Shown here: positions 18,062-22,004 of the stretch, piece by piece
How positions within the stretch are numbered: the stretch's first letter is position 1
Layout: the number at the start of each line of letters is the position of its first letter
Assembly: GCA_964549685.1 (NCBI GenBank)
Contig: CAZJVE010000017.1
Coordinates: 1-22,004, forward strand
DNA from: an uncultured archaeon
GTDB lineage: Archaea > Altiarchaeota > Altiarchaeia > IMC4 > QMZM01
Length of the DNA: 22,004 nucleotides
Direction of reading: 5' to 3'
Program-made: the position numbers and the translations under genes
Notes under the pieces: generated by a model
Database searches by the model: none
What the model was told of the DNA's origin: nothing
What the model saw: only the letters and a program-made list of their open reading frames with translations

Positions 18062-18699
18062 ACGCACTGTTCCTCAAGATAAATGATCTGAAGGACTCAA
18101 AGTACAGGAGGGAAGGGAACAGGAATCTTCTGGAGACAGAGTTCGGGATAGGGGATACGGTAGCGCTCTGCGGCAGGCTGGAGAACATAAAGTATACTCA
18201 ATACGGCCCGAGGCTCTGGATTAACGACGGCAGCTCTCTGGGCGTGACGGTGGGAACATTCAGCAAGAACGTAAGGAAAGACGCCGAGGAGATTTTAAAG
18301 GAGTTCAAGGTCGGAGAAGAGAAATACATCCTGCTCTACGGAAGTCCATATGAAACGGACCAGCTCTACATCAACGTGAACCATGATAACGGAGTAATAG
18401 TTGTCAGCAAGAAGAACTACGAAAGGTTCCATCAGATGGGAATGGAGAGCAGAAGGTATCTCAGGGAAAAATTCGGCCTTCCTGTCGAGGATGAAACAAC
18501 AAGGGAGAAGTTGACTGCAATATCGAATTCGGATATTCTGGACATAATAAAAGGAAAGGACAAGGGCAAGGGAGTCAAGATTGAAGAGATACTGAGCCTC
18601 TTCGAAGACCGGGAGTTCATAGGGGACAAGCTCTTCGAGTTGATGGAGTCTGGAGCACTGTATGAACCAAAGCCCGGAATCTTTAAGGTAATCGCCTGA
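18058..18699 (+). CDS. RPA2/RPA32-like protein (OB-fold plus C-terminal winged helix)
   Basis: ATG 18058 coupled to the upstream stop (ATGA); OB features (VALCGRL, LWINDGS); C-terminal ILDII..GVKIEEIL..LMESGALYEPKPG typical of the RPA2 winged helix. Confidence 0.75.
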   Translation: MNALFLKINDLKDSKYRREGNRNLLETEFGIGDTVALCGRLENIKYTQYGPRLWINDGSSLGVTVGTFSKNVRKDAEEILKEFKVGEEKYILLYGSPYETDQLYINVNHDNGVIVVSKKNYERFHQMGMESRRYLREKFGLPVEDETTREKLTAISNSDILDIIKGKDKGKGVKIEEILSLFEDREFIGDKLFELMESGALYEPKPGIFKVIA

Positions 18700-19213
18700 A
18701 TCTTCTTATGACAAATTCCCCGATTAAAACCCCGATAACCGCCCCTACAAGAACATCGTGTGGATAATGCACCCCAAGATAGACTCTGCTCATGCTCGTC
18801 AGGATTGCATAACAGAGAAAGCCGACGAAGAATCTCCTGTCATAGGCCGTAAATGGAAGAACAGCGAATAGAATCGCTGCATGAACGCTAGGAAAGGATG
18901 AGGTACCGAATTCGAAGGGAAATATGGAGTCCCTGCAGTAAGGGACTCCGTTGACAAGGACCCTGTGGATGAAGGGAAGTGAGGATTCGCACGGCCTCGG
19001 CCACTTTGTGATAAATTTTAGCATGGTTCCAAGAGCCATTGAACCAAGAACCGAAACAGCCATCCCCGGAAATTCCTTCCTTCTTGCATAAAGGAAGTTT
19101 ATTGCTATCAGGATAACGACATAGATTAGAGTTTCGCTAAGAATCACCATAAGGAAATCCAGCCACGGTGTTGCTATCCACTCCATGAAGTAAAATACCA
19201 TCTCCTCCATCAT
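18683..19213 (-). CDS. PAP2 family membrane phosphatase (BcrC-like lipid-PP phosphatase)
   Basis: K-x6-RP variant (LKFITKWPRP), SFPSVH, SRVYLGVHYPHDV. Confidence 0.92.
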   Translation of the reverse strand: MMEEMVFYFMEWIATPWLDFLMVILSETLIYVVILIAINFLYARRKEFPGMAVSVLGSMALGTMLKFITKWPRPCESSLPFIHRVLVNGVPYCRDSIFPFEFGTSSFPSVHAAILFAVLPFTAYDRRFFVGFLCYAILTSMSRVYLGVHYPHDVLVGAVIGVLIGEFVIRRFRRLP

Positions 19214-19998
19214 ACCACGCTTGCCAGTGCAATTGTAACTGCACCAAAGATAACGCAGAAGAGGTCAAACCTCATCCTGTGCGCAATCCTCATGAGTAAG
19301 TCAATGCTGAGATATCCCACAATGAAGGAGAAGAGGATTCCAACGATAACGGCTACTGGACTGACAGCCATCGTGCCCCCTCCCGAAAATTCAAGGACGT
19401 TCGCTCCGATTACTGCAGGAATAGACATCAGGAAAGAGAGCCTCAGGGCGTCCTCCTGCCTGACTCCCGTGAACAGCAATGTGGAGATTGTAATTCCACT
19501 CCTCGAGACTCCGGGCAGGATTGCCAAGCCCTGTGATGCTCCGGCAATCGCCATGTCAATGGTAGTGATGTCCTTCAGCTTCTTACCGCTCTTTATTCCC
19601 TTTGATGCATAGAGAACCAGCCCCGTCGCTATCAGCAGCGCGCCAATTATCGCCATGACCAGCCCGCCGTAAAGCGACAAAAACAGGTCCTTCATCAGCA
19701 TATAGATGGGGATCCCCACCATTGCATTGAACAGCGTGGATACAAGAATGAACTGGACCAGTTTATCCTCCCTAAATTTAGGTAATGAATATACTATATC
19801 CCTGACATCGTCCCTGAACCTCAATATCACTGCGAGAAGGGTTCCCAAATGGAGATAAATTACAAGGGAAAAGGCATCCTTTGCACTCAGCCCGAAGAAA
19901 CCCATCATTGCGCCCATTCCCTGCCCCGAGCTGCTTATGGGGAGCCATTCGATAACCCCCTGGAGAACCCCCAGGATTATCGCTGAAATCAAATCCAT
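19210..19998 (-). CDS. uppP: Undecaprenyl-diphosphate phosphatase (BacA/UppP)
   Basis: LGVLQGVIEWLPISSSG, LHLGTLLAV, QGLAILPGVSRSGIT, SFLMSIPA. Confidence 0.95.
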   Translation of the reverse strand: MDLISAIILGVLQGVIEWLPISSSGQGMGAMMGFFGLSAKDAFSLVIYLHLGTLLAVILRFRDDVRDIVYSLPKFREDKLVQFILVSTLFNAMVGIPIYMLMKDLFLSLYGGLVMAIIGALLIATGLVLYASKGIKSGKKLKDITTIDMAIAGASQGLAILPGVSRSGITISTLLFTGVRQEDALRLSFLMSIPAVIGANVLEFSGGGTMAVSPVAVIVGILFSFIVGYLSIDLLMRIAHRMRFDLFCVIFGAVTIALASVV

Positions 19999-20015
19999 TT
20001 CATGTCTGTATAAAT

Positions 20016-20025
20016 TATTTAAACG
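20016..20025 (+). promoter_or_regulatory. Probable TATA box for tRNA-Lys (divergent from uppP)
   Basis: TTTAAA at 20018-20023, about 30 nt upstream of the tRNA. Confidence 0.5.
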
Positions 20026-20053
20026 TTACCTACTATATTCTTATCTATCTTGC

Positions 20054-20127
20054 GGGCCCGTAGCTCAGTCTGGTAGAGCACCCGGCTTTTAACCGAGTGG
20101 TCGCGGGTTCGAATCCCGTCGGGCCCA
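20054..20127 (+). tRNA. tRNA-Lys(TTT)
   Basis: Acceptor GGGCCCG/CGGGCCC, D-arm GCTC/GAGC, loop CT-TTT-AA, T-loop TTCGAAT; one C-A mismatch in the anticodon stem; CCA not encoded. Confidence 0.93.
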
Positions 20128-20175
20128 ACTGACCCCCGGAAATTCCCAGGGGAATTCAACACAATCCGAATCAAA

Positions 20176-20406
20176 ATGATACTAGAGGTAGGAAGAGTAT
20201 GCAGGAAGACCCGCGGAAGGGATGCAGGGAGCTACTGCGTAGTTGTGGACAAGGCCGAGAAGAACCAGGTCACGGTAGAGGGAAAGGACGTAAGGCGCAA
20301 GAAGACGAGCATAAGGCATCTTGAGCCCATACCTGTCGTTCTGAAGATAAAGAAGGGCGCAACGAAGGCCACAGTAGCAAAGGCCCTTGAGAAGGAAGGC
20401 CTCTAA
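20176..20406 (+). CDS. rpl14e: 50S ribosomal protein L14e
   Basis: EVGRVCRKTRGRDAG..CVVVD, VRRKK..IRHLEP; lies upstream of cbf5. Confidence 0.95.
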   Translation: MILEVGRVCRKTRGRDAGSYCVVVDKAEKNQVTVEGKDVRRKKTSIRHLEPIPVVLKIKKGATKATVAKALEKEGL

Positions 20407-20418
20407 CATCTTCACGAA

Positions 20419-21399
20419 ATGGAATCCGAACCATCGGGAGAGATTTTGGTAAAGAGCAAGTGTGAGACCGACCCCAGATACGGGACCGAGCCCGGGAAAA
20501 GGACCATTGACGAGCACATAAGGAACGGCATAATAAACCTGGACAAGCCCTCCGGCCCCACCTCCCACCAGGTCTCCTCGTGGGTCAAGAAGATTCTGGA
20601 GGTGGAGAAGGCGGGCCACTCCGGAACCCTCGACCCCGCAGTTACGGGAGTTCTGCCCATGGCGGTCGAAAACTCAACCAAGATTCTCAAAACGCTTCTT
20701 CTCGCGCCCAAGGAGTACGTGTGCCTGATGTCCCTGCATGGAGACATATCAGACGAAAAACTTAATGAGGTTCTGAAATACTTCCATGGAAAAATCTACC
20801 AGAAACCACCTCTCAAATCGGCTGTAAAGAGAAGTCTGAGAACAAGGACCATCTACTACCTAGAGCTCATTGAGAGGGACGGCAGGGACGTCCTTTTCAG
20901 GGTGGGCTGCGAGGCCGGCACATACATAAGGAAGCTGTGCCACGACATAGGCCTTGTCCTTGGAACCGGGGCCCACATGCAGGAGCTCAGGAGGACGAAG
21001 GCAGGGCCCTTCGACGAGAGCAACCTTGTAACTCTCCACGACCTCAAGGACGCGTATGAATTCTATCGCGAATCAGGCGATGAAGCGGAACTCAGAAAAT
21101 ACATCCTCCCGGTCGAGCATGCGGTTCATCACCTCTGGGGGATATGGATAAACGACGGAGCCGTGGATGCAATATGCCACGGAGCGGACCTCAATGCCCC
21201 CGGCATCTGCAGGCTGGACAGCGAGATAGAGCCCAACGACCACGTGGCCATTTTCACTCTAAAGGACGAGCTTGTAGCAATAGGAAGCAGCCTCAGAAAC
21301 TCTGCCGAGATAATGGATATGAAGGAAGGGAAGGTGGTGGATTTGCAGAGGGTTGTCATGCCATCGGGCACATATCCTAAGAAGTGGCACTCAAAGTAG
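20419..21399 (+). CDS. cbf5: H/ACA RNA-guided / tRNA pseudouridine synthase Cbf5 (TruB family)
   Basis: INLDKPSGPTSHQV, GHSGTLDP (catalytic Asp), KIYQKPP, EAGTYIRKLCHD, PUA domain, YPKKW. Confidence 0.97.
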   Translation: MESEPSGEILVKSKCETDPRYGTEPGKRTIDEHIRNGIINLDKPSGPTSHQVSSWVKKILEVEKAGHSGTLDPAVTGVLPMAVENSTKILKTLLLAPKEYVCLMSLHGDISDEKLNEVLKYFHGKIYQKPPLKSAVKRSLRTRTIYYLELIERDGRDVLFRVGCEAGTYIRKLCHDIGLVLGTGAHMQELRRTKAGPFDESNLVTLHDLKDAYEFYRESGDEAELRKYILPVEHAVHHLWGIWINDGAVDAICHGADLNAPGICRLDSEIEPNDHVAIFTLKDELVAIGSSLRNSAEIMDMKEGKVVDLQRVVMPSGTYPKKWHSK

Positions 21400-21438
21400 A
21401 TTTTTACCCCTTAATCCATTATTCTAAATACCTCTCGT

Positions 21439-21485
21439 GCCGAGGTGGCGATCAGGTTCGCTTCGCTCACTACCCGCCACTCGGC
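21439..21485. repeat. REP-like hairpin whose 5' arm duplicates the first 12 nt of tRNA-Ser
   Basis: GCCGAGGTGGCG...GTTCGCTTCGCTCAC...CGCCACTCGGC. Confidence 0.65.
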
Positions 21486-21505
21486 TTCAAAGGGTCATTC
21501 AACGA

Positions 21506-21591
21506 GCCGAGGTGGCGGAGTTTGGTTAACGCGCAGGCCTGCTAAGTCTGTGGCCCTTGCGGCCTCTTGGGTTCAAATCCCAACCTCGGCG
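21506..21591 (+). tRNA. tRNA-Ser(GCT)
   Basis: Acceptor GCCGAGG/CCTCGGC, G73, anticodon stem CAGGC/GTCTG with loop CT-GCT-AA, long variable arm GGCC/GGCC, T-arm TTGGG-TTCAAAT-CCCAA. Confidence 0.96.
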
Positions 21592-21614
21592 AACTTACAC
21601 TAAAATTTCAAACA

Positions 21615-21702
21615 GGGCCCGTAGATCAGCCTGGTAGATCGTCCGCTTGGCAACAATTAGCCAAAATGCGGGAGGCCTCGGGTTCAAATCCCGACGGGTC
21701 CA
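21615..21702 (+). tRNA. tRNA-Ala(GGC) with a 14-nt intron at 37/38 (21653-21666)
   Basis: G3:U70 identity pair (GGGCCCG/CGGGTCC), A73; anticodon GGC at 21649-21651; intron ACAATTAGCCAAAA forms a bulge-helix-bulge with TTGG/CCAA helix. Confidence 0.93.
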
Positions 21703-21703
21703 T

Positions 21704-21723
21704 TGAACTGACACGTCAGTTCA
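21704..21723. other. Perfect hairpin directly downstream of tRNA-Ala
   Basis: TGAACTGAC-AC-GTCAGTTCA. Confidence 0.6.
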
Positions 21724-21727
21724 CACC

Positions 21728-21775
21728 GGGGCGAGTATGTGGGGTTTCGCGTTGCTCAACCCCACGTAACGCACC
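21728..21775. repeat. Second REP-like hairpin between tRNA-Ala and tRNA-Pro
   Basis: TATGTGGGGTT-TCGC-GTT-GCTC-AACCCCACGTA, with outer GGGGCG/CGCACC pairing. Confidence 0.65.
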
Positions 21776-21824
21776 ATAAATTCCCCAGCAGAATTCCCAA
21801 GATATTCTTAACGGAATCAACAAG

Positions 21825-21898
21825 GGGGCCGTAGGGTAGCTTGGTTATCCTTCCAGCTCGGGGAGCTGGTGACCCGAGTTCAAATCTCGGCGGCCCCA
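21825..21898 (+). tRNA. tRNA-Pro(GGG), with C at position 33
   Basis: Acceptor GGGGCCG/CGGCCCC, A73; anticodon stem CCAGC/GCTGG, loop TC-GGG-GA; T-arm CCGAG-TTCAAAT-CTCGG. Confidence 0.9.
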
Positions 21899-21930
21899 AA
21901 TTTATCCCCAGAATACAAATAATAGATTGT

Positions 21931-22004
21931 GCCTCCGTGGCTCAGCCTGGTAGAGCGGCAGACTTGTAATCTGCATGTCCTGGGTTCAAATCCCAGCGGG
22001 GGCT
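21931..22004 (+). tRNA. tRNA-Thr(TGT)
   Basis: Acceptor GCCTCCG/CGGGGGC, T73; stem GCAGA/TCTGC, loop CT-TGT-AA; T-arm CTGGG-TTCAAAT-CCCAG; ends at the window edge. Confidence 0.96.

Noticed and set aside
20419-21399. cbf5 pre-mRNA intron as found in some Crenarchaeota
   Set aside because: The ORF is continuous through GHSGTLDP with no insertion.
21439-21778. Hairpins as H/ACA guide RNAs (next to cbf5) or split-tRNA halves
   Set aside because: No K-turn/K-loop (GA...RUGA) or clear pseudouridylation pocket on the + strand; no D-arm or anticodon half; the neighbouring tRNAs are complete.
21567-21779. 70-aa ORF
   Set aside because: Overlaps tRNA-Ser and tRNA-Ala; spurious.
21858-21864. Reading the tRNA-Pro anticodon as CGG (T-CGG-G)
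   Set aside because: Requires shifting the anticodon stem by one base, which destroys the CCAGC/GCTGG pairing; GGG is centred in the 7-nt loop.

Overview
A gene-dense archaeal core-genome window, mostly information-processing genes. Gene content (unfused PriS, GatE, membrane PPase, UppP, FG-GAP surface protein) suggests a lineage such as Altiarchaeota, but that is inference. In order: an FG-GAP beta-propeller surface protein, a COG2426-type membrane protein, TFE, an HD-domain protein, PriS, a convergent RelE/antitoxin pair and GatE. Next is the conserved rps6e-eIF2gamma-PIN-[pyrophosphatase]-rpoE1-spt4-DPCK-rps24e-rps27ae superoperon, in which a membrane-integral HppA occupies the slot usually held by a soluble Ppa. 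Then come DUF429, an FAD oxidoreductase, Trm56, Pcm, an RPA1/RPA2-like pair, PAP2 plus UppP, tRNA-Lys, rpl14e, cbf5 and a tRNA cluster (Ser, intron-containing Ala, Pro, Thr) interleaved with REP-like hairpins. The most unusual signals are the apparent in-situ ppa-to-hppA replacement, REP-like hairpins between tRNAs (one duplicating the tRNA-Ser 5' end), window-wide GAATTC over-representation with GATC avoidance, a shared EEKPAEE repeat tail on three unrelated proteins, and an anomalous C33 in tRNA-Pro. Protein calls come from motif recognition only and k-mer counts are manual.
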